Shown here piece by piece: positions 40,680-50,509 of a stretch of 64,000 nt of DNA. The notes under the pieces were generated by a model. The model saw only the letters and a program-made list of their open reading frames with translations. It searched no databases and was not told the DNA's origin. Position 1 is the stretch's first letter. Each line of letters opens with the position of its first letter. Source of the stretch: Pseudomonadota bacterium (lineage in GTDB: Bacteria > Campylobacterota > Campylobacteria > Campylobacterales > Sulfurimonadaceae); the NCBI GenBank assembly GCA_043797085.1, contig JAZDQA010000008.1, positions 32,001-96,000 on the forward strand, written 5' to 3'. Position numbers and translations under genes: made by a program.

Positions 40680-41966
40680 ATGATTATCCATTTAGACTTG
40701 GATTGCTATTTTGTCTCTGCTGAGCGAACGAGATCACCTTATTTGAAAGGTAAACCTGTCGTTGTGGTAAAGAGCAGTGATAGGGCAATATTCTCTAAAG
40801 AAGATACCACATGCGTTATGACACGCAGCGTTGGGGGATTTAACTCATTGTTTCAGCATGAAAAGCAATGGAGCCCTTACAATCCTAATCAATGGAAGAA
40901 AGATTTTTTAGACGAGCAGGGGAGAATTCACGGTATCGTTATAGCTAAAAGCTATGAATGCAAACCCTACGGCATAAAAACGGGAACAACCTTGAGTGAT
41001 GCCTTGCGCATGTGTCCGAATCTATTGGTAGTGCAGGGGGATCATCTCTTCTATCAGCTCACTTCAAGCCGTCTTGGCGAATTCCTTCAAACTAAAATAC
41101 CGGTTTTAGAACAATATTCGATTGATGAGTTTTGGGGAGAGCTAGACGGTTGGGTGGAAGATGGAGATGTGTATGATTTTATTGCCGCACTGCAAGAGGA
41201 GATATTACAGAAGTTTGATCTTCCGATGTCCATCGGAGCATCCAGCGCCAAATGGATCGCTAAACTGGCGACGGATTTTAATAAGCCCTATGGTATCACC
41301 ATTGTTCCCAAAGAAAAAATAATTGACTTCGTTTCACCCATGAGTATCGATGCATTTCCCGGAATCGGTAAAGCCCTTTCCAAACGTCTTGGAAGTTACA
41401 AGATAAAAACCTTAGGAGAGGTACTAGAATCCGCTCATATGCTTCAATCATGGGGCAGGGCGGGTGAAGACCTGATCAGACGTATTAGCGGCACTGACCG
41501 CGAGAGGGTTAATCCAAGCCATGATCGTAAATCCATAGGAATATCGCGCAACTTCACAGCAACCATGGACAGAAATGAGATAAAACGCCGAGTTATTATC
41601 CTCTCACGACATTTATCGCATACCATTAGCAAGCTGGAAGTAAATCCAACCACCTATTCATTTGCCCTCAAATACAACGGTGGAGCCTCTTCGAGTATCT
41701 CTACAACCATTGACCGAGCATTTAGCGAAACACTGATGCGCCATATTGCCGTTGAAACGATAAGCAAGATTGATAATCTTCCTCGCTACGGTATTCACTG
41801 TATTTCCATGTCAGCTTCCAACTTTGCCTCCGCAACAAAACCAAAAACGTTCTCCCTGTTCGATCGGGATGATGATGAAAAGTCTGTAGCCTTAGGGGAA
41901 CAGATCACAAAACTGCGCGACAAGTACGGAGTAGATATTTTAAGGTGTGCTATTGAGAAGGGGTAG
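40680..41966 (+). CDS. dinB: Y-family DNA polymerase (DinB/Pol IV-like)
   Basis: HLDLDCYF, SYE...YGIK, YSIDE, AKLATD..KP.G, PGIG. Confidence 0.88.
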   Translation: MIIHLDLDCYFVSAERTRSPYLKGKPVVVVKSSDRAIFSKEDTTCVMTRSVGGFNSLFQHEKQWSPYNPNQWKKDFLDEQGRIHGIVIAKSYECKPYGIKTGTTLSDALRMCPNLLVVQGDHLFYQLTSSRLGEFLQTKIPVLEQYSIDEFWGELDGWVEDGDVYDFIAALQEEILQKFDLPMSIGASSAKWIAKLATDFNKPYGITIVPKEKIIDFVSPMSIDAFPGIGKALSKRLGSYKIKTLGEVLESAHMLQSWGRAGEDLIRRISGTDRERVNPSHDRKSIGISRNFTATMDRNEIKRRVIILSRHLSHTISKLEVNPTTYSFALKYNGGASSSISTTIDRAFSETLMRHIAVETISKIDNLPRYGIHCISMSASNFASATKPKTFSLFDRDDDEKSVALGEQITKLRDKYGVDILRCAIEKG

Positions 41967-41978
41967 GGGGATAGTATG

Positions 41979-43088
41979 TCATGACCATGAAATACAAGTG
42001 ATTTCTGCTTGTGAACCAAGCCTCATGGGCGGTCCCCAAAATCCGATACCGCTATTGACATAAATATGGCGATTGGATCCCAGAGGATAGAGCCCTTTTA
42101 TGTAAGGCTGTGCCAACCGGACTAGATATTCAAACGGCCAGATTTGCCCACCATGGGTATGACCGCTGAGAATCAAGGAGGGGGTAAACCCTTCCAGATA
42201 CTCTACGTATTTAGGCTGATGGGCTAAGAGCAGTGTTGGAGCGTTACTTGGGATATCTTTCATAGCTTGTCTGATGTCAGGTGCATGAGAACCAAATCGG
42301 TATCCAAAGAGATCATAGACTCCGGCGATGTAAAAATCATCAATCTTAACAGAGCTGTTTTCCAGCACATGGATACCCAGTGTTTTTAGATGAGCGATGG
42401 TTTCATCCAGCGAATGAAAATATTCATGGTTTCCCACAATGTAATAGGTCCCGTAACGGCTTTTAAGATGGCGCAGCTCATCAATCGTCTCTTTGATGAC
42501 ATTGACATGCGCATCAGATAAATCTCCCGTTATGGTGATGATATCAGGATTGAGTTGATTAATCATTTGAACACTTTTGCTCACAAACTCTTTATCGATG
42601 AGTCCTCCAATGTGCATGTCGCTTATTTGGGCGATGGTGTAGGTTTTGCCGTTGAAGCGGTTTTGTTGTACGTCGACAAACTTGACGACAGGATCTTTGG
42701 AACCCTCGTGTATTCCAGCTGCGATATAGGCACCTCCAAGAGTTAAAAATCCGATGTCGGTAGTCCGTTTGAAAAAAATCCGTTTTTCCGGACTAAATGG
42801 GGTATATTGCTGAAGAAGATGAAGTATTTCGTACAAGATCGTTCCGATAAAAAGGACAAATCCGACACCAATACCCAATGAAAGTACAAAATAGAGGACT
42901 TTAGGGGGGCTGAGGGTGTAACGGCTTGCGAGGTAACCGATGATGACAATCATGTTGAGCATGAGTAGATATTTTAAGAGTGATTTGGTTTGTACTTTAA
43001 CATGCAAACGACTGATCACACGGGTATAAGCCAAATAGTGAACCATTGCAAAAAAAATAGTGATAATAAAAGGGAAGAGACTTTTCAT
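41979..43088 (-). CDS. Membrane-anchored metallophosphoesterase (YkuE-like)
   Basis: SDMH, TGD, GNHE, AHQP, SGHTHGGQ. Confidence 0.9.
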   Translation of the reverse strand: MKSLFPFIITIFFAMVHYLAYTRVISRLHVKVQTKSLLKYLLMLNMIVIIGYLASRYTLSPPKVLYFVLSLGIGVGFVLFIGTILYEILHLLQQYTPFSPEKRIFFKRTTDIGFLTLGGAYIAAGIHEGSKDPVVKFVDVQQNRFNGKTYTIAQISDMHIGGLIDKEFVSKSVQMINQLNPDIITITGDLSDAHVNVIKETIDELRHLKSRYGTYYIVGNHEYFHSLDETIAHLKTLGIHVLENSSVKIDDFYIAGVYDLFGYRFGSHAPDIRQAMKDIPSNAPTLLLAHQPKYVEYLEGFTPSLILSGHTHGGQIWPFEYLVRLAQPYIKGLYPLGSNRHIYVNSGIGFWGPPMRLGSQAEITCISWS

Positions 43089-43201
43089 AGGGTCATTTTA
43101 ACGAAAAAAAGTGTCATATCTGATGCATTTTGCTTGTAACATTTTCGTAAGAGACTTTAGCTTATAATTGCAAAAATATTTACCAACTAAAGGGTTTAAC
43201 T

Positions 43202-44386
43202 ATGGCAACTGCACTTATTATCGGCGCCGGCGGAGTAGGGCGTGTTGTGGCACACAAATGTGTTATGAACAACAGTACATTCGATCGTATTATTTTGGCA
43301 AGCCGTACGTTAAAGCGTTGCGAAGAGATCCAAAGTGAACTTCCAGAGGGTGCAATCGAAATAGCGACCGTGGATGCGGATAATACTCAAGAAGTTATTG
43401 ATCTCATTAACCGTGTTAATGCGGATATTCTTATCAATGTTGCTCTTCCGTACCAAGATTTGACCATCATGGACGCATGTATCGCGACCAAAACACCGTA
43501 TCTCGATACGGCGAACTATGAACATCCCGATGAGGCAATGTTTGAATACAAAGAACAATGGGCAAAAGATCAGGCATTCAAAGATGCAGGTATTATGGGA
43601 CTATTGGGAAGCGGATTTGATCCGGGTGCAACCAATGTTTTTTGTGCGTATGCTCAAAAACACTATTTTGATGAGATCCATACGATCGATATTCTCGACT
43701 GTAACGCGGGCGATCATGGATACGCTTTTGCGACGAACTTTAATCCTGAAATCAATTTACGTGAAGTAAGTGCAAAGGGGCGTTATTGGGAAAATGGTGA
43801 GTGGATAGAGACAGAACCGATGGAGATTATGCAAGTATGGGATTATCCTGAAGTGGGACCAAAAGACAGCTATCTCCTTTATCACGAAGAGATGGAGTCC
43901 CTTGTTAAACACATCAAAGGGCTTAAACGTATCCGTTTCTTTATGACATTCGGTCAAAGCTACCTTACCCACATGAAATGTCTCGAAAATGTCGGAATGT
44001 TGGGAATCAAAGAGGTTGAACACAAAGGGATGAAGATCGTTCCGATGGAATTTTTGAAAACCTTGCTCCCTGATCCTGCGTCATTGGGTCCACGAACCAA
44101 AGGGAAAACCAACATCGGTATCGTAGCCGAGGGTCTAAAAGACGGCAAAAAACGTAAAATTTATATTTATCAGATCAAAGATCATGAAGAGTGCTATGCC
44201 GAGGTTAAATCTCAAGGTGTTTCATACACTACGGGTGTTCCAGCAGTTATCGGTGCAAAACTGATGGTTGAAGGGAAATGGAGCGGTAAGGGTGTGTTCA
44301 ATATGGAACAGATGGATCCTGATTTCTTTATGGATGAGATGAACACCCAAGGGCTTCCTTGGAATGTTATCGAGATGGACGTTTAA
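43202..44386 (+). CDS. Carboxy(nor)spermidine dehydrogenase (saccharopine dehydrogenase family)
   Basis: GAGGVG, NVALPYQDL, GFDPG, NFNPEINLRE; nspC nearby. Confidence 0.9.
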   Translation: MATALIIGAGGVGRVVAHKCVMNNSTFDRIILASRTLKRCEEIQSELPEGAIEIATVDADNTQEVIDLINRVNADILINVALPYQDLTIMDACIATKTPYLDTANYEHPDEAMFEYKEQWAKDQAFKDAGIMGLLGSGFDPGATNVFCAYAQKHYFDEIHTIDILDCNAGDHGYAFATNFNPEINLREVSAKGRYWENGEWIETEPMEIMQVWDYPEVGPKDSYLLYHEEMESLVKHIKGLKRIRFFMTFGQSYLTHMKCLENVGMLGIKEVEHKGMKIVPMEFLKTLLPDPASLGPRTKGKTNIGIVAEGLKDGKKRKIYIYQIKDHEECYAEVKSQGVSYTTGVPAVIGAKLMVEGKWSGKGVFNMEQMDPDFFMDEMNTQGLPWNVIEMDV

Positions 44387-45183
44387 CGAAAAAGTGCACT
44401 TGCATATCCGACGACACGGGCGGTATCTCCGCTTGCGTCGGCACTTGTTCGATAATCGAGTAAAGTAGCTTCCAGTCCTCTCTTTTTAGCGACGCTTAGC
44501 ATTGCTTCTACCCCTATCATTCCACACGCTTCACACCCATGATGCAACTCTTGCACATTTTCAGTACGAATCGCTTCCAGACAAACAGAATCGAGTTGTT
44601 TTGCCTTTTCAAGAGAGTAATAATGGCTCAAATCGGTACTAATAACGACAGCTGTATCAGGCAGATTTAAAACATACTCGATGATTGGTGAAATCTGTGA
44701 GGGATTAGAGTTGGCATATACCAGTTCAACAACTTTAACTTCATTCATATAATGTTTGATAAAGGGCATCTGCACTTCGGTACTGTGCTCGTGATGCGCT
44801 TGGGGAAAATATGAAATGTCTAAGTGCTGTATCAAATCTTTGACGAGTTTATGATCTATTTCTAAATTTCCAAGCGGCGTTTGATAGACTTCCATATCAG
44901 AAATACTTACCCCTTCAAATCCTACACGGTGGGATGGTCCGATGACAACAATGGTTTTTAAAGCGTTGTGGGAGAGGACACGATAGGCAATATTGGCAGT
45001 AAACCCTGAATAAATCCATCCAGCATGGGGGACAATCACCGCAGATCCGTAAAAAGAATCAAATTTCTCTAATGCTTCCGGATGAGATTCTAAAACAGTG
45101 TTGAAGTGATCTATCATTTGGATGATTTCATTCGATGTTGCAGGGTAAAAGCTTCCTGCGACGCTCATGGTTCGAATGCTCAT
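44383..45183 (-). CDS. AmmeMemoRadiSam system protein B (Memo family)
   Basis: VAGSFYP, VPHAGWIYSG, GPSH, EHSTEVQ.PF, STDLSHY, ACG, VVGYAS. Confidence 0.92.
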   Translation of the reverse strand: MSIRTMSVAGSFYPATSNEIIQMIDHFNTVLESHPEALEKFDSFYGSAVIVPHAGWIYSGFTANIAYRVLSHNALKTIVVIGPSHRVGFEGVSISDMEVYQTPLGNLEIDHKLVKDLIQHLDISYFPQAHHEHSTEVQMPFIKHYMNEVKVVELVYANSNPSQISPIIEYVLNLPDTAVVISTDLSHYYSLEKAKQLDSVCLEAIRTENVQELHHGCEACGMIGVEAMLSVAKKRGLEATLLDYRTSADASGDTARVVGYASALFR

Positions 45184-45184
45184 T

Positions 45185-45733
45185 TTAGTCCTCCTTTATT
45201 TTCTCAACTTGATAGGTATATATTTCGGGATGATACTCCAGTGGATCATTCCCAATACCTGCTTTTATCCCTAAATGGGCAAAAAAAGTTTCAAAATCAT
45301 TGAGTTCTTCCCATACCTGAGGCAAAAATGTTGCCTGATAGTTTCCTACTCTTAGAATCACGCCATCGGTTCTTGGGTGAATACGTGATTTTAAATCCGA
45401 TTTATCGGTATAAGGAACTAATTTAGGTTCGCTTAACAGCGAGACTTCTATGTTAATTTCAGTAAATTCAGCGGGGCTAAGAGGTGAAAAACGGGGGTCA
45501 TTAAACGCTGCTGATTGGGCATTGGAGATTAAATCATCTAAAAGAGGACGGTGTGCGACAAGAGAACCAATGCACCCTCGTAATTGTCCGTGCAGTGTCA
45601 AAGTAACAAAAGTTGCTTTCGGCTCGGACAGTTCAGGATGAGCAGCCAGTAACGCTTTTTTATCCATTTCCAGTCTCGAAAATCGTTTGAGTATAGACTC
45701 ACGCGCTATGGAGAGATAGAGTGAGGGAATCAT
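45185..45733 (-). CDS. AmmeMemoRadiSam system protein A (AMMECR1 family)
   Basis: FVTL, LRGCIG, AAF.DPRF, ATFLPQVW. Confidence 0.92.
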   Translation of the reverse strand: MIPSLYLSIARESILKRFSRLEMDKKALLAAHPELSEPKATFVTLTLHGQLRGCIGSLVAHRPLLDDLISNAQSAAFNDPRFSPLSPAEFTEINIEVSLLSEPKLVPYTDKSDLKSRIHPRTDGVILRVGNYQATFLPQVWEELNDFETFFAHLGIKAGIGNDPLEYHPEIYTYQVEKIKED

Positions 45734-45754
45734 GTTGACCTCCTATGAAATAAA

Positions 45755-46366
45755 TTATTCTACAAAGCTATTCGCTTTGGTATAAATAGTATAAAGTTCT
45801 TCATGCGTTAAGTTTAGTTTGGGTGCAATAGCGTCAATCATCCCCTCTAAATTTTTTGTTTTTTCGAGTTTTTCAGTGATTGTCAAAATTTTACCCAAAT
45901 AGCCCTCTCGCGATAAAAGCGCATCCCTTATGGATTTTCCTACAACAATTTTCTCCAGCAGCTCTTCCATCGTCATTTGGAAATAAAGATCTATCAACGA
46001 TAAGCTTCCGGTTAGAAATGCTTCATCAGAAAGTTCATTTTTTTTGTGTGCAATGACCAATTCTCGCATCATATTAGCTCTAAATTTAGCTGATTTGATG
46101 GTTTCTTGACTCAAATTTGTTTCATTATCACTTGAATACACAAAAAGACCAAGCCATGAATGTAATCTTGCCGGTCCAAGCAGATTTATAATTTGTCGAA
46201 CACTGGTGATTTCACTTCTAAAATTGTATTCGGCAGAGTTAATATAGCGTAAAAGATTAAACGTAAGTTCCGGATAGAGGGAAAATTTATCGGTAATAAT
46301 TTTTAAATCGGTTGTTTCATTTAATGTGTTTAAGACATCAATGACATTTAGACTTTTTACATTCAT
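45755..46366 (-). CDS. Stand-alone HDOD domain protein
   Basis: P.LTFNLLRYINSA, ITSVRQ...LLG, FLTG.LS.ID. Confidence 0.8.
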   Translation of the reverse strand: MNVKSLNVIDVLNTLNETTDLKIITDKFSLYPELTFNLLRYINSAEYNFRSEITSVRQIINLLGPARLHSWLGLFVYSSDNETNLSQETIKSAKFRANMMRELVIAHKKNELSDEAFLTGSLSLIDLYFQMTMEELLEKIVVGKSIRDALLSREGYLGKILTITEKLEKTKNLEGMIDAIAPKLNLTHEELYTIYTKANSFVE

Positions 46367-46459
46367 AGCGGTTACCTTATTGTTGTATGGTTGTTTATTT
46401 TAGGTGAAATCATCTTAAATACTCTCAAGAATAAGGGGTATAGTAGTAAATCCAATTTT

Positions 46460-46475
46460 TGGAACTGTTTTTGCT
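46460..46475 (+). promoter_or_regulatory. Sigma-54 -24/-12 promoter
   Basis: TGGAAC-TGTTT-TTGCT; GG and GC 12 nt apart; matches the Campylobacterota TGGAAC-N5-TTGC form. Confidence 0.7.
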
Positions 46476-46501
46476 AAATTTTAAAAGCTAAAATCCGATA
46501 G
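46475..46501 (+). promoter_or_regulatory. Sigma-28 promoter candidate
   Basis: TAAA-N15-TCCGATAG versus consensus TAAA-N15-GCCGATAA. Confidence 0.55.
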
Positions 46502-46557
46502 TATTAAAAATAGATTTTTTATAATACATTTTACAGAATGATGAAGGAAAATGAAGA

Positions 46558-47313
46558 GTGGACAGAAGAACGTTTTTAACACTAAGTGCACTGACCGCTT
46601 CGAGTCCTCTCTTTGGAATAAGGGAAGAGATAGATTTGGCCGAAAAAAGAAAAGGTGCAAATAGTCTTGTTACTTCGCTTTTAAAAAAACTTATTATTGT
46701 GCAAAATCAAGTCGGCTATGTTCAGTTTAACATTTTAAGTTTTGATGATTTATTGAAAACAGCAGCACAGTGCAAAAAACCGCTTCAGCCTGAGGAAATT
46801 GATTATATTGAATCGATCTTTTATGGTGATCCGCGAAAATATGGTTTTTATGGAGAGAGAACCGTTCCTGAACTTACCGTAGTAACACCTAAAAAAGATG
46901 TTATTTATATGGATAAAACAGGACATTTTCTGATGAAGGGAGCAGCCAGTGAAAAATTTGCCCAAATTAAACGTCTGATTGGTCCCGATCTTGTTCTCAC
47001 ATCGGGCGTACGTGCTCCTGTTAAACAGCTTTATCTTTTTTTGAAAAAAATGGAGTATGCGGGCGGTGATTTACGCCTCACTTCTAACTCCATAGCTCCT
47101 CCCGGCTTTACATTCCACAGTGTCGGTGATTTTGATATTGGTAAAGCGGGATACGGACATTTTAATTTTACCGATAAATTCCAAGAAACAGATGTTTTCA
47201 AAAAGCTTTATGACGGCGGATACATATCTATTCGTTACACATCCAATAATCCATACGGTGTTCGATTTGAACCGTGGCATATCAAGGTCACAGGCGGTTT
47301 TGAGACGGCTTAA
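46558..47313 (+). CDS. Tat-exported M15-family (VanY-like) peptidoglycan peptidase
   Basis: DRRTFL Tat motif, LTSGVR, APPG.TFH..GDFD, FEPWH. Confidence 0.85.
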   Translation: MDRRTFLTLSALTASSPLFGIREEIDLAEKRKGANSLVTSLLKKLIIVQNQVGYVQFNILSFDDLLKTAAQCKKPLQPEEIDYIESIFYGDPRKYGFYGERTVPELTVVTPKKDVIYMDKTGHFLMKGAASEKFAQIKRLIGPDLVLTSGVRAPVKQLYLFLKKMEYAGGDLRLTSNSIAPPGFTFHSVGDFDIGKAGYGHFNFTDKFQETDVFKKLYDGGYISIRYTSNNPYGVRFEPWHIKVTGGFETA

Positions 47314-47359
47314 TACCCTTTTATGATACAATGACGCCATTAAAATTAAGGATTTTTGG

Positions 47360-48505
47360 ATGTCTGGTATCGATTTGACTCAACTGCCTCATACCCCTAT
47401 GTACATTTGCGAAGAAGCTCTTTTAGAAAAAAATTTAGACCTTTTAGGACGTGTTCAGCGTGAATCGGGAGCCAAAGTTATCCTTGCTCTCAAAGGGTTT
47501 GCAATGTGGTCAACTTTTCCGCTTGTGTCGCAATATCTCCAAGGATGTACCGCGAGCGGATTGCATGAAGCCAAGCTTGCACGCGAGAAGATGAATAAAG
47601 AGGTGCATACCTATTCACCTGCATTCAAAGACGATGAAATCGATGAAATAGCGCGTATTTCCGATGATATTGTGTTTAACTCTCCTGCTCAGTTTCACCG
47701 TTATTATGAGCGTGTCAAGACTATCAATCCTACTATCTCTGTTTCTTTGCGTGTTAATCCTGAATATTCCTCTTCTCCCGTGGATTTGTATAACCCTTGC
47801 GGTCTTTACAGCCGTTTGGGAACGACAATAGCCAACTTTGACCCTGCCATTGTTTCGAAGCTCGATGGGCTCAATTTTCATGCATTGTGCGAACAAAATG
47901 TCGATGCTCTCGAAGGGGTACTTGAAGCGTTTGAAGCAAAATTCGGCGATTACATCGACACAATGAAGTATATCAATTTCGGAGGAGGGCATCATATCAC
48001 CCGTGTTGATTATGATGTTGATCGTCTTATCGAAGTGATTCGTGCATTTAAAGCTCGTCATAATGATATTATCGTCTATCTTGAACCCGGTGAAGCCGTT
48101 GGATGGCAGACGGGAACACTTGTTGCCTCAGTTTTGGACATTGTCCGCAATGGAATGGATATCGCCATTCTCGATACCTCTGCTGAAGCACACATGCCCG
48201 ATACTCTGGCAATGCCGTATCGTGCAATGATTCGACATTCAGGTGAAGCAGGAGAGAAGGCGTATACGTATCGATTTGGTGGGAATACGTGTCTTGCAGG
48301 GGATATTATGGGAGATTATTCGTTTGATGAACCGCTTAAAGTCGGAGATAAAATTATTTTCGAAGATCAAATCCATTATACCTTTGTGAAAAATACAACA
48401 TTTAACGGGATCAAGCTTCCTTCCCTTGCTATTTGGACGAAAGAAAATGAGCTAAAAATCGTTCATGAATTTGGATATGAGGATTATCGAAACCGTCTCT
48501 CCTAA
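47360..48505 (+). CDS. nspC: Carboxy(nor)spermidine decarboxylase
   Basis: LALKGF, GCTASGLHEA, NFGGGHHIT, EPGEA, CLAGD, VKNTTFNG. Confidence 0.95.
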   Translation: MSGIDLTQLPHTPMYICEEALLEKNLDLLGRVQRESGAKVILALKGFAMWSTFPLVSQYLQGCTASGLHEAKLAREKMNKEVHTYSPAFKDDEIDEIARISDDIVFNSPAQFHRYYERVKTINPTISVSLRVNPEYSSSPVDLYNPCGLYSRLGTTIANFDPAIVSKLDGLNFHALCEQNVDALEGVLEAFEAKFGDYIDTMKYINFGGGHHITRVDYDVDRLIEVIRAFKARHNDIIVYLEPGEAVGWQTGTLVASVLDIVRNGMDIAILDTSAEAHMPDTLAMPYRAMIRHSGEAGEKAYTYRFGGNTCLAGDIMGDYSFDEPLKVGDKIIFEDQIHYTFVKNTTFNGIKLPSLAIWTKENELKIVHEFGYEDYRNRLS

Positions 48506-49578
48506 ATCAGCTCTTCTCTGAGCTTTTTAATAATTTCTTGTTCACGTCGAGAGATATATTTACTAAGTTCTGCCTCTTGCTGCACTGTCGGAGTTATTTT
48601 GAAATGGTATTTGTATCCACCTTCATACGCAGATTTGAAGATCAGTTGACCTTGTACTTCACAGGTTTGTTCCATGATCTCAGTGGGAAAAAGCAGGGTT
48701 ACATCAACAAAAGGTGAGAGTGAGTAAAAATCTTTGCTCGTGACGGCAATCCCTCCGATTGAAATATCATAGGCTTGTGCTTGCAATGTAAGTGATGGAT
48801 GAATAATGGTGAATTTGTAGGGTTGATGCGGATGAACACGAATACTTTGACGGTGGAAAAGAGATGTTTGAAGCTGGTCAAAGCGGCTTAGTTCTAAAAG
48901 TCGTTCTCCCATGAGTGTTATTGGATTGACCGAAGCATAAACATCATACATAAAGTGATCATTTTTAAGAAGATAAATACCATTTTGTAGCAGTGAAGCA
49001 GTCTCTTGGAGAGGATGCGGTCGGATAATGACACTTTGCTTATCGGTGTGGAGTATTTCTGCCGGATATTGGATCGGTACACCGTAATACGTATTGAGCA
49101 CGGTGATACTCTCTGAATTTTGTCTCAGCATTTCAAGTGCATTGATAAGAGCATCTTCAAATATAAACAAGGACTCATCTTCGAAACGTTCGGCAGCATA
49201 GGCGATAAATTGTTCGATTGCAAAAGCAAAAGGGGGAATTTTTTCCCAGCCTCCAACCGTTCCGTAAAATGATTTGATATAGTGATTTAAAACAATATAA
49301 AAAGTATCAGAAAAAAATCGTTCAATTTTACTTTGTTCTAGAACGTGCTTGCGTATATCATGAAGAATATTTTTAAAGTCTTGATTCGTATTGACAAAAA
49401 GAGCGTCAAACAGCGGAGTGAAAAGATTTTGGAAACGGCTTTGTGATATAGGATTTTGATCAATATCGGTATAGACTTTCCATGCAGCTTTGAGAAAGAT
49501 TTGACGGAATGATTTTAGGTCAAAATTCGGATCTGAAAGAGATTTAAATACATCAAGAAAAGCTTTATTAGTTGACAT
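48502..49578 (-). CDS. PilZ domain protein (c-di-GMP receptor candidate)
   Basis: RxxxR (RQSIR) and DxSxxG (DISIGG). Confidence 0.8.
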   Translation of the reverse strand: MSTNKAFLDVFKSLSDPNFDLKSFRQIFLKAAWKVYTDIDQNPISQSRFQNLFTPLFDALFVNTNQDFKNILHDIRKHVLEQSKIERFFSDTFYIVLNHYIKSFYGTVGGWEKIPPFAFAIEQFIAYAAERFEDESLFIFEDALINALEMLRQNSESITVLNTYYGVPIQYPAEILHTDKQSVIIRPHPLQETASLLQNGIYLLKNDHFMYDVYASVNPITLMGERLLELSRFDQLQTSLFHRQSIRVHPHQPYKFTIIHPSLTLQAQAYDISIGGIAVTSKDFYSLSPFVDVTLLFPTEIMEQTCEVQGQLIFKSAYEGGYKYHFKITPTVQQEAELSKYISRREQEIIKKLREELI

Positions 49579-50509
49579 TTGTAGGTTCTTCCATTGTAAA
49601 TGAAACTGCTGCTTTTATGGCATTAATATAACTTAATGTCGATGCTTTATTTTGGTACGCAATATCAAATGCCGTTCCATGATCGACAGAGGTTCGTATG
49701 ATTGGAAGCCCCAGTGAGACATTGATCCCCTCATCAAAATAGAGTGCTTTGAGGGGGGCTAGTCCTTGGTCGTGATACATGGCGATGTAGTGGGTAAAAT
49801 GCTCACGTACACGAGGTGTAAAGGCAACATCGGGGACAAGCGGTCCTATGAATATTTTTTCACCCAGTTGTTCGTTTACGCGGGCTATGGCTTTTTCGAT
49901 TTCACGTTCTTCATCCCCTAGTACACCATTATCTCCTGCATGAGGATTGAGTCCTAACACAGCAATATTTTTAACTTTCATACTCTCATAAAAACGGAGC
50001 ATAAAATCAGTGAGTTCATCGGTATTGATATGACTCATAACATCTCGAAGCGGAATATGTTCTGTAAAGAGGGCTACATACATTTTTTCGCATCCGAGCA
50101 TCATGATTGCTTCTTGGTTGAATATGTCTCTTAATGCGTCGGTATGACCTTTGTACTGTATCCCTGCCATCATCCATGCCTCTTTGTGAATGGGGAGAGT
50201 TACGATAGCATCTACTGCCTTACTGCGTGCTAGATCCACCGCACTTTTAAAAGAATCAAAACTGTATTTTCCGCTGGATGCCGATACTTCGCCTGCGGTG
50301 ATAGTGAATTCTCCTGAAACTTTAAACATATGAAAATCATTGGGAATTTGTTTTTTCAATAATAGTGCAGCTTGATGCGACATCGTGTAATTAATGCAAT
50401 ATAAAGGGGTACAAAGGCGTTTAATTTGATCATGTGCTTTGAGAAGTATCTCAAAACCAACGCCGTTTAGATCACCAACACTGATGGCGATACGCTTTAG
50501 CGCTGACAT
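49568..50509 (-). CDS. pdxA: 4-hydroxythreonine-4-phosphate dehydrogenase
   Basis: GHTD, LNPHAGD, AMYHDQGL, RTSVDHGTAFDIA. Confidence 0.96.
   Translation of the reverse strand: MSALKRIAISVGDLNGVGFEILLKAHDQIKRLCTPLYCINYTMSHQAALLLKKQIPNDFHMFKVSGEFTITAGEVSASSGKYSFDSFKSAVDLARSKAVDAIVTLPIHKEAWMMAGIQYKGHTDALRDIFNQEAIMMLGCEKMYVALFTEHIPLRDVMSHINTDELTDFMLRFYESMKVKNIAVLGLNPHAGDNGVLGDEEREIEKAIARVNEQLGEKIFIGPLVPDVAFTPRVREHFTHYIAMYHDQGLAPLKALYFDEGINVSLGLPIIRTSVDHGTAFDIAYQNKASTLSYINAIKAAVSFTMEEPTNVN

Noticed and set aside
45755..46366. HDOD gene as a truncated EAL-HDOD pseudogene
   Set aside because: Has its own SD-like sequence and start, and no EAL remnant is visible upstream
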